Below, one piece after another: positions 9,091-18,460 of a stretch of 51,573 nt of DNA. Within the stretch, counting starts at the first letter, position 1; the number at the start of each line of letters is the position of its first letter. A model generated the notes under the pieces. The model saw nothing but the letters and a program-made list of their open reading frames with translations. It was not told the DNA's origin and did not search any database. The stretch comes from Planctomycetota bacterium (lineage in GTDB: Bacteria; Planctomycetota; GCA-002687715; DRQF01), in the NCBI GenBank assembly GCA_036479435.1, contig JAZGFI010000065.1, positions 1 to 51,573 of the forward strand, given 5' to 3'. The position numbers and the translations under genes are program-made.

Positions 9091-9823
9091 TCTCAGCGGA
9101 CAAGTCGCGCTGGTAACCGGAGCCGCCAAGCGTCTCGGTCGAGCATTAGCTTTGCGTTTGGCCCAACACGGTGCGTTCGTGTTTGTTCACTACAAAAACA
9201 GCCAAGCTGCCGCCGAAGCAGTTGTGTCGGAGATCAAGGGTGCTGGAGGTGACGCCATCGTTCTGCAAGGCGACCTTACCTCCGCTGAATCACCGTATCG
9301 GATGATGGCGACGATTGCTGAGCAAAAGAGCCGCTTGGATGTGCTCATCAACAACGTCGGCAACTACATGTTGACCCCAGTAGAAGAGTCGACGCCCGAG
9401 GAATGGCGGGAAACCCTGGAGGCCAATTTGATCGCACCCTTCGCTCTGGTGCGCGAGGGTCTTTCCTTATTCCCAAGCCAAGGCGGCAACATCGTCAATA
9501 TTGGCTACGCGGGCGTCGAACTGATTCGCGCCAACGTGAATGCGACGGCCTACCAGGCGAGTAAGACGGGTTTGTTGGTGTTGACAAAATCGCTCGCTCA
9601 GCGCTTCGGGTCTCGCGGGCTGCGCGTCAACATGCTTTCACCGGGCCAGCTTGAAAACTCGGTAGATTTGCCAGCACCCAACACCATTGATGACGTCATT
9701 CCCCTGGGGCGGGCGGGAAGGCTCTTTGAGATCGCCGACGCGATGGACTTCGTTCTGGCCAACGACTACATCACCGGCACCAACATCGATATCGCCGGGG
9801 GCTATCTTCCGCCCCGCGACTAA
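9080..9823 (+). CDS. SDR oxidoreductase, pteridine reductase/FolM-like
   Basis: TGAAKRLG...VHY, YQASK catalytic motif; overlaps folB. Confidence 0.8.
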   Translation: MSLDLSGQVALVTGAAKRLGRALALRLAQHGAFVFVHYKNSQAAAEAVVSEIKGAGGDAIVLQGDLTSAESPYRMMATIAEQKSRLDVLINNVGNYMLTPVEESTPEEWRETLEANLIAPFALVREGLSLFPSQGGNIVNIGYAGVELIRANVNATAYQASKTGLLVLTKSLAQRFGSRGLRVNMLSPGQLENSVDLPAPNTIDDVIPLGRAGRLFEIADAMDFVLANDYITGTNIDIAGGYLPPRD

Positions 9824-9826
9824 GGT

Positions 9827-11095
9827 CTAAAGTTGGACTTGAGTGGCGGCGGCTCGCCCCGCCAAAGTCCCGGTGCTGAACGCGGCTTGGAAATTGAATC
9901 CGCCAATCGGCCCCACAAGATCGAGAATCTCGCCAGCGATATACAGGCCCGGCACGATGCGCGACTCCATGGTCTTGGGATTCACTTCATCCAATTTCAC
10001 GCCACCGGCGGTGACTTCGGCCTTGTCGAATCCCTCATCACCGCTGATCTGAATGGCGCCGCCCTTTAGGAAGTCGAGCAAGCGCAGGCGCTCATCTTTT
10101 CTAAGCTCGGCCGCGCGGCGATCGTTCGGGATGCGGGCCCCCTGAATGATGCCGCGGGCCAAACGGCGCGGAAAAATATCGGCAAGACATTGGGCAAGCA
10201 GCCCGCCGCCGTGGTCGCTTTTGATCATTTGCTCCAGATCTTCGCGACGGTGCTCAGGCAAAAAGTCGACGTAGAGCGGGCGGTGGGGGCCAACTTCGAC
10301 ATTGAGATACCCCGAGGCATCCATCGGGCCGGGGCCCGACAGGCCGCGGTGAGTGAACAGCAGGGGGCGTCTGCGTCGAAAGATCACTTTGCCCTTTTGA
10401 TCGCGAACAAAGACCTCGGCTTCCGGCACCGAGATTCCAGTGAGGGCTTTCACCCAAGGCTCGGCCGCGCGCAGGGGCACCAAAGCCGGGCGCGGGCGAG
10501 CGACGGTGTGACCGAGTTTTTGCAGCCATCCGTAGCCATCGCCGGTACACCCGGTCTTAGGAAAGGAAAGCCCCCCCGAAGTGACAATCACCCGCCTTGC
10601 GCACAGCTCGCCGTCCGGAGTAGCAAGGCGCCAGCCATAGCCGCTGCTACCGTCGTCTTCGCCGCGTGTCAGATTCTGACAGGCTAGTCCCAAGCGCAGA
10701 TCGGCCCCGCTACGTTCAAGTCTTTGCAAAAACGCCCGCAAAACGTCGCTGGCACGACCGCTCTGCGGAAAGACTTTTTCAAAAGCACTCTCCTCGGTGC
10801 CGACACCCTCCGCGGACAAAAGCTCACGGAGGTCTTTGGGACTTAGGGTGTGGAGGCCGTGTCGCAAAAAACGCTCAGCGCGTTGGCCGAACCAAAGGCC
10901 GAGTTCCTTAATGGGGAGAGTCGAGGTGACGTTGCACTTTGTGCCGCCGCTAGCGAGAATCTTGATGCCCGGCTTGCGCATCTTTTCGATTAGAAGTGTC
11001 CGCACCCCCGCTTCCGCGGCATTCGCGGCGGCAAAGAGCCCAGCCGCACCGGCGCCGACGACAATCAGATCAAAGTGGTTTGCGGAAGCATCCAT
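9827..11095 (-). CDS. HI0933/YhiN/BaiN-family FAD-dependent oxidoreductase
   Basis: VGAGAAG, KILASGGTKCNVT, TGDGY, FTHRGLSGP, VTAGGV, GGFNFQAAFSTG; likely ATG at 11095. Confidence 0.92.
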   Translation of the reverse strand: MDASANHFDLIVVGAGAAGLFAAANAAEAGVRTLLIEKMRKPGIKILASGGTKCNVTSTLPIKELGLWFGQRAERFLRHGLHTLSPKDLRELLSAEGVGTEESAFEKVFPQSGRASDVLRAFLQRLERSGADLRLGLACQNLTRGEDDGSSGYGWRLATPDGELCARRVIVTSGGLSFPKTGCTGDGYGWLQKLGHTVARPRPALVPLRAAEPWVKALTGISVPEAEVFVRDQKGKVIFRRRRPLLFTHRGLSGPGPMDASGYLNVEVGPHRPLYVDFLPEHRREDLEQMIKSDHGGGLLAQCLADIFPRRLARGIIQGARIPNDRRAAELRKDERLRLLDFLKGGAIQISGDEGFDKAEVTAGGVKLDEVNPKTMESRIVPGLYIAGEILDLVGPIGGFNFQAAFSTGTLAGRAAATQVQL

Positions 11096-11576
11096 GACGC
11101 GGCCAGGGTAGCGGAAAGCGGAGGCCCTTTCATCGGGCCTGCGAAGGGCCCGTACTTCGTGCTTGCCAAGCCCAGCAAGAGTTCTGCCACCAAGACCTCC
11201 CCTGTTGGGCGAGAGCGCCGGGCAAGTTGCTCGACTCTGAAACGCCGCTTCATGATCATTTCGGAGAGGAGTTACTGAAGTGGCCACAGTGCATCCAGGG
11301 GCTTTCGGCGAAGATCTCAGAACTATTGGTTCAACGCCCTTGATCTGGTCTTGCCGGGGTTGCAAAGATGATTGCGGGCCAGCCGGGGCCTAGACTTGTC
11401 GGCTTTGACATCAATTCCATGCGCGATTCGGGAATGGCGAGGAGTTTAGGTTGAAGGAGCGAGCCATTTCCTGTCTCCTTCAAGTGCTGCATACTTCAAG
11501 GAACTCGGTGATGACTCAACCCGAAATCACAAGCATCGGTTGATACAGAAGTGGTCTCAGTGAATCGAGATGAATA

Positions 11577-13268
11577 ATGAGAAAGTACATAGAGAAAACG
11601 AATCCGCCTTGGTCTCATCGGGTCGGCGCCCGAGCAAGGTTTACCGTGATAGCCGCAGTGTTTTTGTTGATTGCCTCAGTAGGGTGCGGCCAAAGCAAAC
11701 AGCAGGAGTCACGGGATTCGGTATTCGAAGGGCCAGACGGAGTTGATGTTTGGTCACTCTCAGATGAGAGGCGCCTAGGGCAACTCTCCTTAGAAGCGGA
11801 GGCCCTATGGCCCGCATGGCCAGAGACCATCGGCGCGATGGATGCGTGGTTGGTGCGAGCGAGCCGGTTGAGCTCGCGCCTATCACATCACAAAAAACAG
11901 CTGGAGATAGTGCGTGAGTTGGCGTCTCCCTATCTCGATGAAGAACGCGAGCGAGATAAGGGCTCCATGCGCGAAGAGACTCGCGAGCATGCCGTCTTGG
12001 TGGAGAGGCACCGCGAATTGGGCGACCGCCTCGCGGGCCTGTCCGAGAGCAATGAATCTGAAGCAAAAAAGAGAATTCTACGCCTCGAGTACGAGAGCAC
12101 GTTGAACTACCACAAAAAGCGACAGGTGGAGTTAGAGACCCTCCTGGCACTTCGCCTCACGTGGAGTTTCCCGTCAGTCGAACTGCGCTGGATTCACGAT
12201 TCGTTGGAACAATTGATCAAAGATCTTGAGACACTCAATGACCCGAGACGAGGGCTGATAGGGAAGTTGGTGAAACGCCGAAGCCTGGCGCGCGGCGTTG
12301 CCAAGGGAACCGTCGAGCACGAGTCAGCCTGGACCACGGCCATCCAAGCATTGTCGGATCCGAAACGCTGTCCGCTGTATGGCGGTATCAGCATTAAGCC
12401 ACAAGTCGGTTTGGTCCCGCTCGGTCAGGACCCGCGTTCTCTTCTCTGGGAGTTTGCGGACTTGCAAACGGGCGTAAAGCCGAAGCGTGACGCAGCTGGC
12501 GTTCTGACGCTGAGCGACGCTGCAGGAATCGTGTTCGTTCTTGTTCCTGGTGGTTCGCTTTCTGTGGCAACTCCGGAAGGATCCAACTCCTCGATTGTCG
12601 AGAAACAGCTTTCGCGCACTCTGTCCATATCTCCATTTTTTGTTTCGAAGTACGAATTGACACAAGCCCAGTGGCAGCGCTGGACTGGAGAGAACGAAAG
12701 CCAGTACGCCGTGGGGCTCAAACATGCCGGCAAACTCGTCACGGCCAGAAACCCTGTCGAGAGGATCACCCGGATGCAGGCTCGACGTGTGCTCCAGCAA
12801 ATGGGTATGGATCTGCCGACCGAAGCGCAATGGGAGTACGCTGCGCGTGCTGGGACGTCGACGGCGTGGTGGACCGGCAATGACGTCAGGTCGCTTCAGG
12901 GAGCGTGTAATCTGGCCGACCGCTTCTGTCAAAACCACGGCGGACCGCCGACGTGGCGCTACGAAGTTGGCATCAACGACGGCGCCGTCGTTCATGCTCG
13001 AGTCGGCAGCTATCGCGCCAATCCTTTCGGGCTACATGACGTCATCGGCAATGTTTGGGAGTGGTGCCGCGAAGATTCCGAATCTGACGGCAACCCCAAG
13101 GCATTGGAATTCGGAAGGCGATCGTCCGATCCGAAATTGGCAGTCGTTCGGGGCGGCGGCTTCGATACCGGCTCGGCCGGTGCGCGATCTGCTTATCGCA
13201 ACACTGTCGATCCGAAGTTCCGCAGCCCCAGCACCGGCATACGACCGGTTCGGGAAATTCAACCCTAG
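11577..13268 (+). CDS. Putative lipoprotein with C-terminal FGE-sulfatase (SUMF1-like) domain
   Basis: Lipobox-like LIASVGC, coiled-coil middle; LPTEAQWEYAARAG, NPFGLHDVIGNVWEW, RGG motifs; catalytic FGE Cys pair not seen. Confidence 0.85.
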   Translation: MRKYIEKTNPPWSHRVGARARFTVIAAVFLLIASVGCGQSKQQESRDSVFEGPDGVDVWSLSDERRLGQLSLEAEALWPAWPETIGAMDAWLVRASRLSSRLSHHKKQLEIVRELASPYLDEERERDKGSMREETREHAVLVERHRELGDRLAGLSESNESEAKKRILRLEYESTLNYHKKRQVELETLLALRLTWSFPSVELRWIHDSLEQLIKDLETLNDPRRGLIGKLVKRRSLARGVAKGTVEHESAWTTAIQALSDPKRCPLYGGISIKPQVGLVPLGQDPRSLLWEFADLQTGVKPKRDAAGVLTLSDAAGIVFVLVPGGSLSVATPEGSNSSIVEKQLSRTLSISPFFVSKYELTQAQWQRWTGENESQYAVGLKHAGKLVTARNPVERITRMQARRVLQQMGMDLPTEAQWEYAARAGTSTAWWTGNDVRSLQGACNLADRFCQNHGGPPTWRYEVGINDGAVVHARVGSYRANPFGLHDVIGNVWEWCREDSESDGNPKALEFGRRSSDPKLAVVRGGGFDTGSAGARSAYRNTVDPKFRSPSTGIRPVREIQP

Positions 13269-13308
13269 AGATCGCGCAGCAACAACTATTTTAGGAGTTC
13301 ACTGATGT

Positions 13309-14022
13309 TCAATCGGACAGTCTCTTGATGAAAATCGCGTCAAGGTACGATTCACTCTCGAGGAGATCGGAATTGATGTCGTACTTGCGCGGCTCCTCGA
13401 AGAAACCTGGGTCGGACACTGCTAAGCAGTCGTAGTTTGCGCTGATCGCAGCATCGATGAATCGATAGTTGGTGTGATAGACGACCAGGACCCCACCTGG
13501 AATCAGCACTTTATCGAGGAGCGTGAGTTGTCGGTCGAATTTTTCGAACGGGTAGATGGTTCGCAATGATGGAGAGCCCTTGTGGCCGCTGGGAAAGCGT
13601 TGAAGAACGGCGAGGCAAAAGATGGCGTGGAAGGGTCCAGCGTGCTCAAGGCGCGCTTGGCTATAGGCGAAAAAGTGGTTTCCTTCGTGGGTGCTTGCAG
13701 CTTGCGCGTGGCGAATGTTGGCCCAGTTGATGTCGGTGCCGTGGATGTCAGCGTCGGCGAAGTATTTTCGCAGCGAGAACACTTCTTCCCCGGTTGAGCA
13801 TCCGAACGATAGGATTTTCGCACGATCGACGCCTTCGAGTCGTTTCTGCACGGTCTCGAAAAGCCAGGGATACCGGTTCATACCGGTCGTTACGCTGATC
13901 TGGTGAAGATGGGCGGGGTCGCGGCGGTACAAGAGATTTCGCTGAATCAAATCTCTACCCTTGATCAGCGCTTTAAGACTGGCGTTCGTGAAGCTGGCGA
14001 TGATCGACTTTTTTGCTCGCAT
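13309..14022 (-). CDS. Class I SAM-dependent methyltransferase (CheR-like SAM motif)
   Basis: ILSFGCSTGEE, GTDIN, AIFCLAVL, LIPGG. Confidence 0.82.
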   Translation of the reverse strand: MRAKKSIIASFTNASLKALIKGRDLIQRNLLYRRDPAHLHQISVTTGMNRYPWLFETVQKRLEGVDRAKILSFGCSTGEEVFSLRKYFADADIHGTDINWANIRHAQAASTHEGNHFFAYSQARLEHAGPFHAIFCLAVLQRFPSGHKGSPSLRTIYPFEKFDRQLTLLDKVLIPGGVLVVYHTNYRFIDAAISANYDCLAVSDPGFFEEPRKYDINSDLLESESYLDAIFIKRLSD

Positions 14023-14139
14023 AGTTTCAAGTCGGCTAAAGCGCGGATCTTACTAAATCATTCCGAGGTTGTGGGCGCAATCCCCAAAGGCTGTCTAAAT
14101 TCAAGGTGTCCACTACATTTTTCAGCAACAGTTGATGAG

Positions 14140-16056
14140 CTATCTTGGGGTCGTTGATGAACCGGTGTGTGGCGATGAGTGCAACCAAGTAATCAGCGTT
14201 GAGATTTTCCACAAGATGAGGGCGTCTTCACGACTCTTGTTTGCGGCGAATCGGGAGTGCATCGAACGTAGGAGTGGAAGATCTATCCAAGGCTCCACGA
14301 TTTCTGCTCGCTTGCCAAAGTCGTCACGAAGTCTCTTTTGTCCTACGGTCGCAAGCAAGTGTTCGAAATTGTGTCCGAGATTTGATTTGTCCCGGCGCCA
14401 TTGGATCGCCGCCGGGAGGATCCCGTCCATACCGCGCCGCAGGATCGAGCGAGTCCAACCGTCGCGTAGCTTCTGGTCTGGTGGCAGTCCGAGGCAGAAC
14501 TCCACTAGGCGCTTGTCCCAAAAAGGAAATCGAGGCTCGATGCCGAATGCTGTTGCTGCGTGCGAAAGCATCTCAAGTGTCGCTGGCATGACTCCCCATG
14601 TGAGGAGGTTCAGGTGCATTTCTTTTTCGTTCGCAAACTTTCGTTTGCGCTCTCTGCCAACATGCTCGCGGTGATCAAGCAAGCCAATTCGATCGACGAA
14701 CTCTTCTCGCAGAGGTTGATACCACTTAGCGTCGTCTCGGGGCACTCGGCTTCGTGCGCGGCGCTGAAGTACATGGCGCAGACGACCTGGAAGCTTAGGC
14801 AGGATTCCTCCATACCAAGCGTAACCCGAGGTGTACTTGATCGGCGAGAGTCCATTGGAGCGTGCGACGCCACTAGCTTCCCGAGCTAGCTTCCACCATC
14901 GCCACTCCCGCGCCAACTCAATCAAGTATCCAGTACCGTGTGATATGGTCGTGTCGCCGTCGAACCCGTCGAGGATGACTCGGTTGCCGTTTTTTTGCGC
15001 TAAGCCATACATGCCCCAGTTCAGGAACAGATTAGGTGCGCCGCAGGGTTCATCTTCGATCTGCCGTACAGAGGGCGGTGTCATCAAGGGGTTGGCTTTG
15101 TCGCCCTCGAAATAGAACGGAAGACATCCACCATCGTCGATGACGGTCTGGATGAATCGACTTTCATCAGAGGCCGGTACACTCATAAAAATTGACGAGA
15201 ATGTCGATAGCGGCTCACCGCCAGCTTTCCGGTTAAGGTCGCGCGCGACGCAAGTAATGGATGATGAGTCAAGACCTCCACTCAACAGTGAACCGACACC
15301 TTCGGTGTTCTGTGTGCGGCATCTCACTGCTTCCTCAAAAATCTCTCGAAAGGAATCGACGTAGTCTTTGTCGTTTTTCCTGAGGGTTTTCTGGCCCGGA
15401 TCCGGCGCCCAGTACTTTCGAAGGGTTGAAGATTTCTCGTCGACCGTGATCCAATGCGCTGCCGGGAGTCTTGAGATCTCGCAAAAGTGGGTCCGCTTGA
15501 CATCGTCGAAATTCGAATTGATGTAGTCCGCGATTTTCAGTTCGTCGAGATCGCCTCGTACCCAAGGAAGTGAGAGGATAGCTTTGATCTCGCTAGCGAA
15601 TGCGAAGCGAGAGGGGCAAAGGTGATAGTAAAGCGGCATGACCCCTAGATGATCGCGCGCACAGTAGACCCGTCGCTTCTCGGCGTCCCAAATGACGAAC
15701 GCGAAATCACCGAGAAGATGTTCGGCGCAGTGTTCGCCCCAACGCCTATACGCGGCGAGAATCACATTCGAGTCAAGATCTTCGGATAGCTCGCTTGGAC
15801 GGAAATCGGTCTGACGGATGATCTCGTCGCGATTATCGATGCGGGCCAGAGCTGTTATCTGCAAATTCGGCGTCTTGGTCGCTGCGCCGGTGTTCTCAGC
15901 AGGCAAGTCGCGACATTGCCCCAAACCGACCTCGTGGCGGCGAAAAAGACGATGGCCAGCGGGGGCTCGATGTCTCAGTCGACGAGCCATGGCATCAAGC
16001 TCGCTTTGCTCGAGTTCATTGCCGTTGCGTGTCATGATTCCGAAAACGCCGCTCAC
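14140..16056 (-). CDS. Lasso peptide cyclase (C protein, asparagine synthetase homolog)
   Basis: MSGVFG (Ser in place of the AsnB Cys2), ARIDNR, GDFAFVIWD, ARDHLG, LSGGLDSS, PFWDKRLVEF; B1, B2 and precursor genes nearby. Confidence 0.92.
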   Translation of the reverse strand: MSGVFGIMTRNGNELEQSELDAMARRLRHRAPAGHRLFRRHEVGLGQCRDLPAENTGAATKTPNLQITALARIDNRDEIIRQTDFRPSELSEDLDSNVILAAYRRWGEHCAEHLLGDFAFVIWDAEKRRVYCARDHLGVMPLYYHLCPSRFAFASEIKAILSLPWVRGDLDELKIADYINSNFDDVKRTHFCEISRLPAAHWITVDEKSSTLRKYWAPDPGQKTLRKNDKDYVDSFREIFEEAVRCRTQNTEGVGSLLSGGLDSSSITCVARDLNRKAGGEPLSTFSSIFMSVPASDESRFIQTVIDDGGCLPFYFEGDKANPLMTPPSVRQIEDEPCGAPNLFLNWGMYGLAQKNGNRVILDGFDGDTTISHGTGYLIELAREWRWWKLAREASGVARSNGLSPIKYTSGYAWYGGILPKLPGRLRHVLQRRARSRVPRDDAKWYQPLREEFVDRIGLLDHREHVGRERKRKFANEKEMHLNLLTWGVMPATLEMLSHAATAFGIEPRFPFWDKRLVEFCLGLPPDQKLRDGWTRSILRRGMDGILPAAIQWRRDKSNLGHNFEHLLATVGQKRLRDDFGKRAEIVEPWIDLPLLRSMHSRFAANKSREDALILWKISTLITWLHSSPHTGSSTTPR

Positions 16057-16075
16057 TGCCTGTCTTCCCTAATTC

Positions 16076-17917
16076 GTGATCGTCTATGCACCAACGCACC
16101 TCATGGCAGCGTCAAAGCGAAGTGTTACAACTTTCACCATGAGACTCATGCAGTTTGTTCGTTCCAAAGTTGGACGATACACGAGAGGCCGGTTACTCGT
16201 CTTGCGCCTGTGGCCTTCCATGAAACCGCACATGCGGTACGTGTGGGCCATGGTGGCATTTTTGACCTTGAGCTTACCCGTTGCGCTCGTTTCGCCTCTG
16301 GTCATTCGGACTATCATTGACGACGCCGTTGTCCGCTCGAGCACCGATGGACTGTTATTTTGGTCCTGTGTCCTGTTCCTTCTTGCGACCCTGAGCGCAT
16401 TGCTTGGGCTCGGCGTGGGGTATGTGACGACGGTCTTTCGAACCAGAGTCATCCATGACTTGCGGTTACGTCTGTATCGCAAGATGCAGTCGCTCTCCTT
16501 GGAATACTACCGCTCGCACGAAACCGGCCAGATGATGTCGCGGCAGACCGATGACGTCGGTCAGCTCTCCGGGATCCTAGCCGATCGTCTGGCACGGATT
16601 GTCATTGACGCCATCAAGGCCTGTGGCTGTGCGGCGATGCTGCTTTATGTCGAATGGCGCCTTGCCGTTGCGGGTGTTGGGCTTGCGTTGTTGATCATCG
16701 TGATGCAGTTCGCCTTCTCCAGGAAACTGCGAGATTGCAATCGCCGCTCTCGCGAGCGTTGGACCGATGTGAGCCAGTCGATTCACGAGTCAATAACCGG
16801 CAACTTCCTCATCAAGGCAACCGCGTCTGAGCGACGCGAAGCAGTTCGTTTCGCCTCTGTCCTGCATCAGAGCATACGCGCTGACGTTCGCCGAGACATC
16901 TTTGGCCTTTGGACAAATCACTCCACATCACTCCTGGCCGGCGTCGCACCGGTAGTTGTGATCATTGGAGGCGTTTACTTGATCGTGTCGGGCGGTTTGA
17001 CGATTGGCGGCCTTTTCGCTTTCTTCGTTCTTTTGGTCCAGATGTTTAACGCGGTTTCCGGCGTTGCCCACAGCAACCCTGCGATCCAACGCGGCCTCGC
17101 GTCACTTGAGAGGATATTCGAGGTGCTCGATACCGAGCCCGAGATTCCAAACGGGACTCACGGAGTTCGTCCCGACCGATTACTTGGAGCGGTCACTTTT
17201 CGCGATCTTTCATTCGGCTACGTTGCCGATCAGCCCGTGTTGCGCAACATCGCATTTGAGGTTCCAGCACGAGGGCGGATTGCGTTAGTTGGGCCTTCGG
17301 GTGCAGGGAAAAGCTCACTGATGCATTTGATTCCGCGTTTTTTCGAGCCTCAATTAGGGTCGATCGAGGTCGATGGGCGTGATATTCGGGAACTTGATTT
17401 GGCTTGGTATCGACGGCAAATCGGACTGGTCGCCCAGGATGTGTTCCTATTTAGCCGGTCGATCGGCGAGAACATTTCCTATGGTCGACCTTCGGCGAGT
17501 CGTGATGAAATGGAACGTGCCGCGAAGGCTGCTCATGTGATGGAGTTTGTCGAGGAGCTGCCGGACGGATTCGACACTCTCATCGGCGAGCGAGGAATAC
17601 GGCTGTCGGTTGGTCAGCGTCAAAGGATCGCGATAGCCCGCGAGATCCTGCGAGATCCTGCGATCCTCATTCTCGACGAAGCGACATCGTCACTGGACTC
17701 AAACTCGGAAGCTCTTATTGGCGAAGCGCTTGAACGCTTGCTGCCAGGCCGCACATCCTTCGTCATAGCGCATAGGCTTTCGACGGTGGTACGTTCCGAC
17801 CTTATCTTGGTGATAGACAAGGGTTGCATCGTTGAGAGTGGGCGGCACAACGAGCTTCTCGCGAGTGGGGGTCTCTACGCTAGCTTCGTGCAATCGCAAC
17901 GCCTCTTGGGGAGCTGA
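16076..17917 (+). CDS. ABC exporter, fused TMD+NBD
   Basis: TM helices, Walker A GPSGAGKS, signature LSVGQRQ, Walker B ILILDE, H-loop; true start may be downstream (e.g. ATG 16139). Confidence 0.93.
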   Translation: MIVYAPTHLMAASKRSVTTFTMRLMQFVRSKVGRYTRGRLLVLRLWPSMKPHMRYVWAMVAFLTLSLPVALVSPLVIRTIIDDAVVRSSTDGLLFWSCVLFLLATLSALLGLGVGYVTTVFRTRVIHDLRLRLYRKMQSLSLEYYRSHETGQMMSRQTDDVGQLSGILADRLARIVIDAIKACGCAAMLLYVEWRLAVAGVGLALLIIVMQFAFSRKLRDCNRRSRERWTDVSQSIHESITGNFLIKATASERREAVRFASVLHQSIRADVRRDIFGLWTNHSTSLLAGVAPVVVIIGGVYLIVSGGLTIGGLFAFFVLLVQMFNAVSGVAHSNPAIQRGLASLERIFEVLDTEPEIPNGTHGVRPDRLLGAVTFRDLSFGYVADQPVLRNIAFEVPARGRIALVGPSGAGKSSLMHLIPRFFEPQLGSIEVDGRDIRELDLAWYRRQIGLVAQDVFLFSRSIGENISYGRPSASRDEMERAAKAAHVMEFVEELPDGFDTLIGERGIRLSVGQRQRIAIAREILRDPAILILDEATSSLDSNSEALIGEALERLLPGRTSFVIAHRLSTVVRSDLILVIDKGCIVESGRHNELLASGGLYASFVQSQRLLGS

Positions 17918-17936
17918 GATCAATGGCGCTGTTCGC

Positions 17937-17982
17937 AAAAAACGGCGGGGCCGCAACCTTGAGTTGCGGCCCCGCCAGTTTT
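17937..17982. terminator. Bidirectional intrinsic terminator
   Basis: 14-bp perfect stem GGCGGGGCCGCAAC (17944-17957) / GTTGCGGCCCCGCC (17963-17976) with an A6 tract on the left and TTTT on the right, between the convergent ABC and precursor genes. Confidence 0.85.
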
Positions 17983-18005
17983 GGCTAATTCTATGCGCCT
18001 GAGCG

Positions 18006-18152
18006 TTAGGAACCGATGACGCTCGAGACGTCACCGACTACTGCAGTACCGATCGGCACGTCAACTTGGTTGCCGCCACCTTGTTGGGTGACCTGCTCCA
18101 GGTCACCCAAGACCACCAACTTTGGTGTCTGGTACGCTTTCTTGCCTTCCAT
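18006..18152 (-). CDS. Lasso peptide precursor (A), 48 aa
   Basis: Hand-translated MEGKKAYQTPKLVVLGDLEQVTQ-QGGGNQVDVPIGTAVVGDVSSVIGS*; YxxPxL leader, G...T(-2), Asp at core position 8, C-terminal Ser; AGGAG RBS at 18163-18167 (-); terminator right after the stop. Confidence 0.9.
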   Translation of the reverse strand: MEGKKAYQTPKLVVLGDLEQVTQQGGGNQVDVPIGTAVVGDVSSVIGS

Positions 18153-18460
18153 GGATTCACTACTCCTACAATCACTACGATTCGTTAGTTACTTGATCGG
18201 CATGATAGTAGTCGAAAACGCTCTGACCTACTCTTTTTTTTTGCCAGCACCCGTAGTCGCGCGGCCTCAACCTTAAGTGGTCTCTTGGCAAGGAGATAGG
18301 TATGGTGAAAAGTATTGCTCGATCAGGGATTTGAGGCCGCTCCTGGCACCGCTCCGGCCAAAATTTGCTCGCGTGGATCTTTGATAGACTCGCACTCTCG
18401 GGTGCATAGGTGTTTTCTAGCTGACCTTCCCTCGTTCCCAAAGTTTGTCGAGGTCTCAAG

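Noticed and set aside
14140..16056. Ordinary asparagine synthetase AsnB of an EPS locus
   Set aside because: Lacks the N-terminal catalytic Cys and is accompanied by RRE, B2 and a precursor
18016..18276. 86-aa plus-strand ORF
   Set aside because: Antisense shadow of the lasso precursor; no recognisable motifs
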